Shown one piece after another: positions 18,153 to 26,347 of a stretch of 64,000 nucleotides of DNA. This DNA is from Flavobacterium sp. Its GTDB lineage: Bacteria; Bacteroidota; Bacteroidia; Flavobacteriales; Flavobacteriaceae. The notes under the pieces are model-generated. The model saw only the letters and a program-made list of their open reading frames with translations. It had not been told where the DNA came from and searched no databases. The stretch's first letter is position 1, and each line of letters starts with the position of its first letter. Made by a program: the position numbers and the translations under genes. The stretch is from positions 5,752 through 69,751 of the forward strand of contig JAGOAL010000002.1 in NCBI GenBank assembly GCA_017983975.1, written 5' to 3'.

Positions 18153-19583
18153 TTATTCTATTTCTGAAATACGCAACGTATTTACCATTCCTTTATCAAC
18201 TACTGGCATAGCTGCAAGGTTTACTAGCATGTCACCTTTATTAACATATTTTTTCTCAACACAAATTTTGTTGATGTCATCTATAGTGTCGTCAGTACTT
18301 ACTAATTTATCGTAAAAGAAAGCTCTTACTCCCCACAATAAATTTAATTGTGTTAAGATTCTTTTATTTGAAGTAAAGACTAAAATATGTGATTTTGGAC
18401 GCCATGCCGAAATTTGGAACGCGGTATATCCCGAATTTGTTAAGGTAGTAACTGCTTTTGCATTAATAGCATCTGCCATAATAGCCGCATGATAACAAAT
18501 CGATTTTGTAATAAAACGTTTGGTTCTAATGTTTGGTTGACTCAAAGGCACTTTAATAAGTGGTGAATCTTCAACACTTTTAATAATACGAGTCATGGTT
18601 TCAATTACTTCCACCGGATAATTTCCTACTGAAGTTTCACCCGATAACATTACAGCATCTGCTCCATCCATTACCGAATTGGCTACGTCGTTTACTTCAG
18701 CACGTGTTGGCGTTAATGAAGTAATCATAGTTTCCATCATTTGTGTAGCCACAATAACCGGAATACGAGCCGTTTTTGCTCTATGAATTAGTTTTTTCTG
18801 AATCAATGGCACTTCTTCTGCAGGAACTTCAACACCTAAATCACCACGAGCAACCATTAAAGCATCACAAAAAGCTACAATTTTGTCTATGTTTTCAACC
18901 GCTTCAGGTTTTTCAATTTTAGCAATAATTGGAATTTTATGATCAGAATGTTTTGCGATTAAGTCTTGTAATTCTTCTAAGTCTTTTGGAGTTCTCACAA
19001 ATGAAAGCGCAATCCAATCTACTTTGTTTTCTATGGCAAAAAGCGCATCTTTAATGTCTTTTGGTGTTAAAGCCGGTAAAGAAACTTTAGTATTTGGTAA
19101 GTTAACTCCTTTTTTAGATTTCAACGGTCCGCCTTGAACCACTACTGCTTCAACTTCGGTGTTTTTATCGGTTTTTGTAACTTCAAAAATTAATTTTCCG
19201 TCGTCCAATAAAATTCTTTCTCCCGGATTTACATCTTTTGGAAACTCTTTATAATTCATATAAACTCGAGAAGCAGTTCCAAGAACATCTTCGGCTGTGG
19301 TAAATGTGATGACATCGCCTTTACTTACAACAACATCTTCTTTCATAACTCCTACACGAAGTTTTGGACCTTGTAAATCGGCTAATATAGAAGTAGTATA
19401 GCCAAATTCTTCATTAAGTTCTCTGATGATGTTTATACGTTCCGAAACATCGGTATAGTCGGCGTGTGAAAAGTTAATTCTAAATACATTAACACCAGCA
19501 TCAATCATGTTTTTTATGACTTCTTTTGAGCTACATGCAGGACCTAATGTGGCTACAATTTTAGTTTTTTTGTTTGTTGGCAT
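18153..19583 (-). CDS. pyk: Pyruvate kinase
   Basis: KTKIVATLGP, RINFSH, IAKIEK, MVARGDLGVE and MLSGET motifs. Confidence 0.98.
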   Translation of the reverse strand: MPTNKKTKIVATLGPACSSKEVIKNMIDAGVNVFRINFSHADYTDVSERINIIRELNEEFGYTTSILADLQGPKLRVGVMKEDVVVSKGDVITFTTAEDVLGTASRVYMNYKEFPKDVNPGERILLDDGKLIFEVTKTDKNTEVEAVVVQGGPLKSKKGVNLPNTKVSLPALTPKDIKDALFAIENKVDWIALSFVRTPKDLEELQDLIAKHSDHKIPIIAKIEKPEAVENIDKIVAFCDALMVARGDLGVEVPAEEVPLIQKKLIHRAKTARIPVIVATQMMETMITSLTPTRAEVNDVANSVMDGADAVMLSGETSVGNYPVEVIETMTRIIKSVEDSPLIKVPLSQPNIRTKRFITKSICYHAAIMADAINAKAVTTLTNSGYTAFQISAWRPKSHILVFTSNKRILTQLNLLWGVRAFFYDKLVSTDDTIDDINKICVEKKYVNKGDMLVNLAAMPVVDKGMVNTLRISEIE

Positions 19584-19585
19584 TT

Positions 19586-20059
19586 TTAAAAAATTAAATT
19601 ATTTTTAGATTTTAAATTCGTTGTTTCAATAGTGTAAGCAGTAGTTACATTTTTTATGGATAGAATTTTTTCAATCATATCTTCTTCATCAAAGTCATAA
19701 TCGATATTTTCAATTTTTAGTAGATAATCTGCTTTTTTATATTCGGGCAATAAAAAAACGGTTATATCTACCTGATCAAATAATTGACTCGTTTTCTTTT
19801 TTGAATTTACAATGGTGGTTTTATTTTCAATTAAACTCCATTGCACATCACTTTCTTCGTCGTCAAAAATGTAATTACTAAAAGCACTTTTTCCTTCCGG
19901 AATAGCAATTTCAATATTGGACTCGTTTTTAATTAAACGGGTTTCTAAAATAGTATTAATGGCATAAGCTAATTTGTAATCCTCCAATGAAGAATGAATT
20001 GCAATTAGTTCATAATCCTCTGAAATAAAATCGTTTATTTGAATTTTATGGATTGCCAT
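19586..20059 (-). CDS. IPExxxVDY-family protein
   Basis: LIAIHSSLEDYKLAY.IN and LLPEYKKADY; located between rnc and pyk. Confidence 0.75.
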   Translation of the reverse strand: MAIHKIQINDFISEDYELIAIHSSLEDYKLAYAINTILETRLIKNESNIEIAIPEGKSAFSNYIFDDEESDVQWSLIENKTTIVNSKKKTSQLFDQVDITVFLLPEYKKADYLLKIENIDYDFDEEDMIEKILSIKNVTTAYTIETTNLKSKNNLIF

Positions 20060-20161
20060 TAGATACAATTTGATTGTAAATATAGTATTAAAATCGAATA
20101 AAAATTTGAAGTTTAACGCTTCTTAACGTTAATTTACTAACGCAAACGTTTTAGTTTTGTA

Positions 20162-20905
20162 TTATTTTTGAGAAATTTTTTCTTGCAAGGCAAAATAAGC
20201 TCTTTGTGAAGCTTTTTCTTCCGCTTTTTTCTTGGATGTGGCTCTAGCTTTTGCAATAATTTTTTGGTCGATGAGTAATTTTACGCCAAAATATTTTTGC
20301 CCTTCCATGCCATTATCTTCCACAAATTCAAAAGCAAAGGTCTTTTTTTCTTTTTGACACCATTCAATTATTAAACTTTTATAACTAATTACTTTTCCTT
20401 CTAATTTAGCAATATCAACATATTGTTTGATGATTTTTGTGCGAATGAATTTTTCACAATATTCAAAACCTCGGTCTAAATAAATTGCACCAATAAATGC
20501 TTCAAATAAGTTGCCGTGAATGTTTTCGCCAAATTGTGTTGAATTCACTTTACTCTCTACAAATTCGACCAGGTTAAAATCGCGTCCCAACTCATTTAAG
20601 TGTTCTCGACTGACAATTTTTGAACGCATTTTTGTTAAATAACCCTCATCGCCCGAAGGAACTTCATTATAAAGATGCGCCGCAATAACACTGCCTAACA
20701 TGGCATCGCCTAAAAATTCTAAGCGCTCATAATTAAACGGATTGCCTTTATCGTCGAGCTTGTTCACCGATCGGTGTGTAAACGCTTTTTGATAATACTT
20801 GATTTCTTTTGGAGTAAATCCCAGTATTTTGGTAATTTTTTCAAAAAAAATCCCGTCTTCTGTAGAACGGGAATTTTTTGTTATTTTATTCAATAAACGA
20901 CGCAT
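20162..20905 (-). CDS. rnc: Ribonuclease III
   Basis: ERLEFLGDA signature, FEAFIGAIYLD, C-terminal dsRBD (SKKKAEEKA). Confidence 0.97.
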   Translation of the reverse strand: MRRLLNKITKNSRSTEDGIFFEKITKILGFTPKEIKYYQKAFTHRSVNKLDDKGNPFNYERLEFLGDAMLGSVIAAHLYNEVPSGDEGYLTKMRSKIVSREHLNELGRDFNLVEFVESKVNSTQFGENIHGNLFEAFIGAIYLDRGFEYCEKFIRTKIIKQYVDIAKLEGKVISYKSLIIEWCQKEKKTFAFEFVEDNGMEGQKYFGVKLLIDQKIIAKARATSKKKAEEKASQRAYFALQEKISQK

Positions 20906-20909
20906 GCAA

Positions 20910-22163
20910 TTAGTTTTCTAATTTTTTAAATAACACACACGCATTATGACCTCCAAAACCAAAAGTATTACTCATGGCAACATTGATTTCACGTTTTTGT
21001 GCTTTGTTCAACGTTAAATTTAAAGAAGGATCAATATTTTCGTCTACAGTTGTATGATTAATAGTTGGAGGAACAAGGCTATTTTGCATAGCTAAAATTG
21101 ACGCAATAGCTTCAATAGCTCCGGCAGCTCCAAGTAAGTGACCTGTCATTGATTTTGTTGAATTAATGTTGATGTTTTTAGCATGATCACCAAAAACATG
21201 GCTAATTGCTTTTAACTCAGCTACATCACCAAGCGGAGTAGAAGTACCATGCGTATTAATGTGGTCAACCATATCAGGAGTCATTCCTGCATCACGTAAA
21301 GTGTTTTCCATTACAGCAATTACACCAATTCCTTCCGGATGTGGAGCTGTTAAATGGTAAGCATCTGAAGACATTCCGCCACCGCCAACTTCACAATATA
21401 TTTTAGCACCACGTGCTTTTGCGTGTTCATATTCTTCTAACACTAATGCACCAGCACCTTCTCCTAAAACAAATCCATCACGAGTGGCATCAAAAGGTCT
21501 TGAAGCTGTTTCTGGACTTTCATTTCGAGTAGAAAGAGCATGCATAGAATTAAATCCACCCATTCCGGCAATGGTTACGGCTGCTTCTGAACCACCAGAA
21601 ACAATTACGTCACACATTCCTAAACGAATGTAATTGAAAGCATCAATTAAAGCATTTGCCGATGAAGCACAGGCAGAAACTGTAGTATAATTTGGCCCCA
21701 TATACCCATTTCGCATTGAAATGTGAGCAGGAGCAATATCAGCAATCATTTTTGGAATAAAAAATGGATTGAATTTTGGAGTTCCATCGCCTTTTGCATA
21801 ATATAACATTTCTTCTTGAAACGTTTCTAAACCACCAATTCCGGCGCCCCAAATTACACCAACTCTATGTTTGTTTACATTATCTTGTGTAATTCCGGCG
21901 TCTTTGATAGCTTCATCACTAGCTGCAATAGCATACTGAGCAAATTTATCCAATCTACGCGCTTCTTTACGATCCATATAATCTTCGATGTTGAAGTTTT
22001 TTACTTCACATGCAAATTTGGTTTTGTGTTTTTCTGTATCGTAATACGTAATGGGAGCAGCACCACTTTTTCCATTAATTAAACCTTCCCAATATTCTTG
22101 AATACTATTCCCGATTGGAGTTAATGCGCCAAGACCGGTAACAACAACGCGCTTTAATTGCAT
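20910..22163 (-). CDS. fabF: 3-oxoacyl-ACP synthase II
   Basis: RVVVTGLG, SACASS, HGTSTPLGD, KSMTGHLLGAAG and FGFGGHN motifs. Confidence 0.97.
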   Translation of the reverse strand: MQLKRVVVTGLGALTPIGNSIQEYWEGLINGKSGAAPITYYDTEKHKTKFACEVKNFNIEDYMDRKEARRLDKFAQYAIAASDEAIKDAGITQDNVNKHRVGVIWGAGIGGLETFQEEMLYYAKGDGTPKFNPFFIPKMIADIAPAHISMRNGYMGPNYTTVSACASSANALIDAFNYIRLGMCDVIVSGGSEAAVTIAGMGGFNSMHALSTRNESPETASRPFDATRDGFVLGEGAGALVLEEYEHAKARGAKIYCEVGGGGMSSDAYHLTAPHPEGIGVIAVMENTLRDAGMTPDMVDHINTHGTSTPLGDVAELKAISHVFGDHAKNININSTKSMTGHLLGAAGAIEAIASILAMQNSLVPPTINHTTVDENIDPSLNLTLNKAQKREINVAMSNTFGFGGHNACVLFKKLEN

Positions 22164-22319
22164 AGTTTTTAATTTTCGGTTAATATAAAAAAACCCAAAG
22201 CGCTTTTAATAATAACTAAAAGAAACAATGGGTATTACATATTTTTTTATTGTATGATTGTAATACAATCAATGTTTGCAAAATCTTTAAAAGATTTAAA
22301 ACGTAAGGTAAAAAATAAT

Positions 22320-22351
22320 AGCACCCACAAAAGTAATCTCTTGTGGATGCT
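22320..22351 (-). terminator. Hairpin after acpP (terminator or stabiliser)
   Basis: Minus strand AGCATCCACAAG...TTTGTGGGTGCT followed by ATTATTTTTT. Confidence 0.55.
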
Positions 22352-22358
22352 TTAGATA

Positions 22359-22595
22359 TTATTTTTTAGCTTCCTCAATGTAAGAGATAGCTTGACCTAC
22401 AGTAGCAATGTTTTCAGCTTGGTCGTCTGGAATTTGAATATCAAATTCTTTTTCGAACTCCATAATAAGCTCAACAGTGTCTAATGAATCAGCTCCTAAA
22501 TCATTTGTGAAGCTTGCTTCTGTTACAACTTCGTTTTCGTCAACACCTAATTTGTCTACGATAATCGCTTTTACTCTTGATGCAATGTCTGACAT
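22359..22595 (-). CDS. acpP: Acyl carrier protein
   Basis: [12 protein letters not shown] phosphopantetheine motif; TATTTTTG promoter at 22626-22633 (-). Confidence 0.98.
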   Translation of the reverse strand: MSDIASRVKAIIVDKLGVDENEVVTEASFTNDLGADSLDTVELIMEFEKEFDIQIPDDQAENIATVGQAISYIEEAKK

Positions 22596-22768
22596 AATCT
22601 TTTAATTTTTAATTTAATTTGTTGGCAAAAATAAAAAACTTTATTTTAAAACAACCTTTTTGTTACTAAATATGACCACGAATTTAAAAAAAATAATTCA
22701 CAAAGGCTTCTTTTTTTTATTTTTTACCAATTATTATTCTTTTTTTTGTGGAAAGAAATTATTTAAGA

Positions 22769-23335
22769 ATGAAGAATATTGTGCTTTTTGCTTCTGGAAA
22801 TGGTTCAAACGCCGAGCAAATTATTAATTATTTTAAAAATAGCGAAAGCGTTAAAATAGTTGCTATTTTTTCTAATAAGGCAGATGCCAAAGTCTTAGAT
22901 CGAGCAAAAAATCATACTATTCCATCGGTGGTTTTTTCAAAAGCGCAATTAAATGAAGGTTTTGTACTTGAAAAATTGCAACAGTTTCAGCCCGATTTAA
23001 TTGTTTTGGCCGGATTTTTATTAAAATTTCCCGAATCTATATTAAAGGAATATCCAAAAGTGATTAATATTCACCCAGCATTGTTGCCAAAATATGGCGG
23101 AAAAGGCATGTATGGGATGAATGTGCATCAAGCCGTTTTAGATAATAAAGAACAAGAAACCGGAATTACCATTCATTATGTAAACGAACATTATGATGAA
23201 GGCGAATTCATTTTTCAAAAAGCAGTAAATATCGAAGATTGTAAAACGGCCGAAGAAATTGCGGATAAAATCCATGTTTTAGAGCATCAGTATTTTCCAG
23301 AAGTTATTGCAGGTATATTAACTCGTAACTCGTAA
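22769..23335 (+). CDS. purN: Phosphoribosylglycinamide formyltransferase
   Basis: ASGNGSN, LAGF, NIHPALLP and G.TIHYV...YDEG motifs. Confidence 0.95.
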   Translation: MKNIVLFASGNGSNAEQIINYFKNSESVKIVAIFSNKADAKVLDRAKNHTIPSVVFSKAQLNEGFVLEKLQQFQPDLIVLAGFLLKFPESILKEYPKVINIHPALLPKYGGKGMYGMNVHQAVLDNKEQETGITIHYVNEHYDEGEFIFQKAVNIEDCKTAEEIADKIHVLEHQYFPEVIAGILTRNS

Positions 23336-23351
23336 CTTTCAACTCGCAACT
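23320..23351. repeat. Heptamer tandem repeat (AACTCGT)n at the purN-rnhA junction
   Basis: AACTCGT AACTCGT AACTTTC AACTCGC AACT. Confidence 0.7.
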
Positions 23352-23831
23352 ATGCCTCACGAAGTCTACATATATACAGACGGAGCCGCCAAGGGAAATC
23401 CTGGTCCGGCAGGCTATGGCGTGGTCATGGAAATGGTAGGAACCCCGTATAAAAAAGAATTTTACGAAGGTTTTCGCATTTCTACTAACAATAGAATGGA
23501 ATTATTAGCGGTAATTGTAGGTTTAGAAAAATTAAAAAACCCAAAAACCAAAGTCTTGGTCGTTTCCGATTCCAAATATGTGGTTGATGCGGTTGAAAAA
23601 CGCTGGGTCTTTCAATGGGAAAAAATCAACTTCAAAGCCAAGAAAAACCCCGATTTGTGGCTACGGTTCTTAAAAATTTATCGCCAACATCAAGTCGATT
23701 TTCAATGGGTTAAAGGACACAACAGTCATCCGCAAAACGAACGCTGCGATGCATTAGCAGTTATGGCTTCGCAACAAGAAAAATTATCCATCGACGAGTT
23801 TTATGAAAAGGAAGAAGGGAAGTTGCTTTGA
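23352..23831 (+). CDS. rnhA: Ribonuclease HI
   Basis: YTDGA..GNPG, TNNRMEL, DSKYV and WVKGH..HP.NERCD motifs. Confidence 0.97.
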   Translation: MPHEVYIYTDGAAKGNPGPAGYGVVMEMVGTPYKKEFYEGFRISTNNRMELLAVIVGLEKLKNPKTKVLVVSDSKYVVDAVEKRWVFQWEKINFKAKKNPDLWLRFLKIYRQHQVDFQWVKGHNSHPQNERCDALAVMASQQEKLSIDEFYEKEEGKLL

Positions 23832-23879
23832 TTTCATTTTTTTTTTGTATTTTTACTATAATTATTAATTCTACTTGTT

Positions 23880-24098
23880 ATGACTGCAACAACATTAAAA
23901 TATGTAAATGATAAATTGAAAAATTTACCCGACAGCTTAATTGAAGAAGTAGAAATTTACATAGATTTTTTAGCTTACAAATATGCTCAAGTAGACAATT
24001 CAGTTCCACAATGGCACAAGGATGAGGTTTCAAAGCGAATAAAATTAAACGACAAGCCTGTTGACGCATTTGAAATGATTGATAATTTGGAAAGCTAA
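23880..24098 (+). CDS. Putative type II antitoxin (DUF2281-like N-terminus, addiction-module-like C-terminus)
   Basis: LP..LIEEV..YIDFL and P.WHK.EV..R; acidic 72-aa protein directly upstream of a RelE/ParE toxin. Confidence 0.7.
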   Translation: MTATTLKYVNDKLKNLPDSLIEEVEIYIDFLAYKYAQVDNSVPQWHKDEVSKRIKLNDKPVDAFEMIDNLES

Positions 24099-24101
24099 TT
24101 A

Positions 24102-24401
24102 ATGATTAAGTATACCATTCTTGCAGACCCAAAAGTTAAGGATGATTTAAAAGAGGCACGAGATTTTTTAAACTCTAAAAGAAAAGGTTTGGGTAAAAAA
24201 TTCTTAACAGAATATAGAACGACTTTAGAACACCTGCAAAAAACACCAAATTTTCAAGTTAGATATAATGATATTCATTGTTTACCGATGAAGACTTTTA
24301 AATACATGATTCATTTTAAAGTTGACGAGGTAAATAAAATAATTCATTTATATGCGGTTCTTTCTACTTATTTGAATCCTTCTGATCATTGGATAAAATA
24401 A
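24102..24401 (+). CDS. RelE/ParE-family toxin
   Basis: DLKEA.DFLN....GLG.KF, P..FQVRY, F.YMIHF, I..YAVL motifs; basic 99-aa protein. Confidence 0.85.
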   Translation: MIKYTILADPKVKDDLKEARDFLNSKRKGLGKKFLTEYRTTLEHLQKTPNFQVRYNDIHCLPMKTFKYMIHFKVDEVNKIIHLYAVLSTYLNPSDHWIK

Positions 24402-24424
24402 TTTAGAAGAGAGGTTGTTATAGA

Positions 24425-24733
24425 TTACTTTTTCTTCAACAACTCATTGTACTCTTCTAACAGCTTTAAGTATTTATTTTTCCAATATGTTTCTTCTTTG
24501 TTGTAGCTTATAGCAGTATCATTTACAACATGAGGTTTAAGCGTTTCAATTTCCTCTGAAAAGTCATAATGTATTATAGTGCCTATTTGTAAAAGGGTAT
24601 CTATAGACACCATTGGATTTTCAAATAATAAATATACCCATCTTCTACTTTTTCCCATACGTTTGGCTAGGGCTGTTATGGGAAAGCCACTTTTATACAC
24701 TGCCTCTTTGATTATTTCGCCTCGATGTTGCAT
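24425..24733 (-). CDS. XRE/Cro-like helix-turn-helix protein with C-terminal coiled coil
   Basis: H.GEII..AV..SG..IT.LAKRMG.SRRW.Y..FE; YWKNKYLKLLEEYNELL. Confidence 0.8.
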   Translation of the reverse strand: MQHRGEIIKEAVYKSGFPITALAKRMGKSRRWVYLLFENPMVSIDTLLQIGTIIHYDFSEEIETLKPHVVNDTAISYNKEETYWKNKYLKLLEEYNELLKKK

Positions 24734-24778
24734 AACACAAAATTATGCTCACTTGTGAGTATGTAAAATTACGTATTT

Positions 24779-24794
24779 TATACATATATGTATA
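24779..24794. promoter_or_regulatory. Perfect 16-bp palindrome TATACATATATGTATA (candidate operator)
   Basis: Lies between the divergent HTH gene and the cargo operon promoter TAGATTTG (24836-24843). Confidence 0.4.
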
Positions 24795-24920
24795 CTAAAA
24801 GATAACTATTTGTAAACTATGATAAAATTATTTATTAGATTTGTGAAGTTTTACGGTTTTTAGCGTAAAACATAGCGGAACCGAAAAGCTTCATGAGTAG
24901 GGTTACTTAATTTAAAAATT

Positions 24921-25493
24921 ATGAAAAAAATTATTTTAACCATATTATTAATCCTAAACTTCATAGGATATTCTCAGTCTAAAAAAGAAATAATTGCTGA
25001 AATTGAAAGTTATAAAAAAACAAAACTTCTAAATTCAACTTACAATTTTACATTTAAAGAGATTTTTGACGCGATGACTATAATGGGTAGTCAATATTAT
25101 GGAAATGCTATCAAGGAATCCGAATCTAGAGGATATACTGAGTATGTAAAAGAAGTTGATGATATAAAGGAATTTCTTTCAGTAGAAATAAAAGGAGATA
25201 AACAGCCATACAGACTTTCTTTCAGTTACAGAAAGGAAAAAAAACAAACTTCATATAAAACGGAAGGAGAATTAGGAAAACCTAATTATAAAATTGTGGC
25301 TGTAGATGCAGGATGGAAAATTGAGGAAGTACCGCTTGATATAATTTATACCAATCTTCACCTAAGAATAAATAAAATTTTACATATCGAGTTTAATCTA
25401 CCAGAAGAGTTATTAAAAAAAATTGAAACTTTTAACAATACCCAAAAAAAAGATAGGAAAAAAGTACTTGCTGGAGTTGATTATGAAATTTAG
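24921..25493 (+). CDS. Hypothetical exported protein
   Basis: Signal peptide ending in YSQ; no recognisable domain. Confidence 0.75.
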   Translation: MKKIILTILLILNFIGYSQSKKEIIAEIESYKKTKLLNSTYNFTFKEIFDAMTIMGSQYYGNAIKESESRGYTEYVKEVDDIKEFLSVEIKGDKQPYRLSFSYRKEKKQTSYKTEGELGKPNYKIVAVDAGWKIEEVPLDIIYTNLHLRINKILHIEFNLPEELLKKIETFNNTQKKDRKKVLAGVDYEI

Positions 25494-25514
25494 AAAATAA
25501 AAAAATTAGTTAAT

Positions 25515-25718
25515 ATGGAAAATTTAAAAGAAGGACAAATATTAAAACACAAACAATCTGGCAGATATATAAAGGTTTTAGCAATTCATAATTTCAAAAA
25601 TTTGGAAACAAATGAAGAAAAACTTTTTTGCACATATTATTGGTGTGGTTTTGGTCTTGTCGGTACAGATTTATTAGAAAAAATTGAAAGAGATTATGAA
25701 GTTTACAAGGATATTTAA
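25515..25718 (+). CDS. Small hypothetical protein, possibly SH3-like beta barrel
   Basis: LKEGQILKHK.SGRY.KVLAI pattern; sits in operon position. Confidence 0.55.
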   Translation: MENLKEGQILKHKQSGRYIKVLAIHNFKNLETNEEKLFCTYYWCGFGLVGTDLLEKIERDYEVYKDI

Positions 25719-26337
25719 TGAAATATTAAAACCTCTTTTACTAATAACTGTATTTTCTACTATGTTATCCTTATTGGCTGATTGTTATAATTTGTTATCA
25801 GTATTTAATCTGTGTTCATCATTTGATATAGTAGTTCAAATAGAAATCTTTTTACTTACAATATTAATAACTGTATTAGCAATTAGGATAGCTCTTATTG
25901 ACACAGAAAAAAAGAGTATTAGAGAAAAAATGAATACTGTTTTTGATAATTATGGGTATTATGGGCATTTATTATTTGATGAACAAATAGATGTTAGGAA
26001 AAATGATTTTTATAATGAATTACAAAAGAGAATCGAAGCACAAATAAAAATTAAAGAAACCGTTTTAGATAAGAAGAGGGTAGTAGCACTTCAAAAACAT
26101 TATTACAGTTTAAAAAAATATAGGCAGGATCATATTGACTCAATAAAACCAATTACAATCCTGATTGTTATTTTGATAATGGCATGTTTAATTTATAATC
26201 TGATAAATTTAGATAATTACCCTGTAATATTTCTAACCATAAAAATAAGTACAATTATTACAACAATTTACACTATTTATGAAACAAAAGATGCCGCTCT
26301 GCATATATTAACATACCCTTTTACAAAAAACGATTAA
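25696..26337 (+). CDS. Hypothetical 4-TM membrane protein (2 TM, soluble helical region, 2 TM)
   Basis: Hydrophobic pairs at both termini; overlaps the previous gene; ATG 25696 or TTG 25684. Confidence 0.65.
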   Translation: MKFTRIFNEILKPLLLITVFSTMLSLLADCYNLLSVFNLCSSFDIVVQIEIFLLTILITVLAIRIALIDTEKKSIREKMNTVFDNYGYYGHLLFDEQIDVRKNDFYNELQKRIEAQIKIKETVLDKKRVVALQKHYYSLKKYRQDHIDSIKPITILIVILIMACLIYNLINLDNYPVIFLTIKISTIITTIYTIYETKDAALHILTYPFTKND

Positions 26338-26347
26338 ATAAATAACT

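Noticed and set aside
24893-24910. 5-codon uORF MSRVT in the cargo leader
   Set aside because: Too short, expected by chance, and has no regulatory codons.
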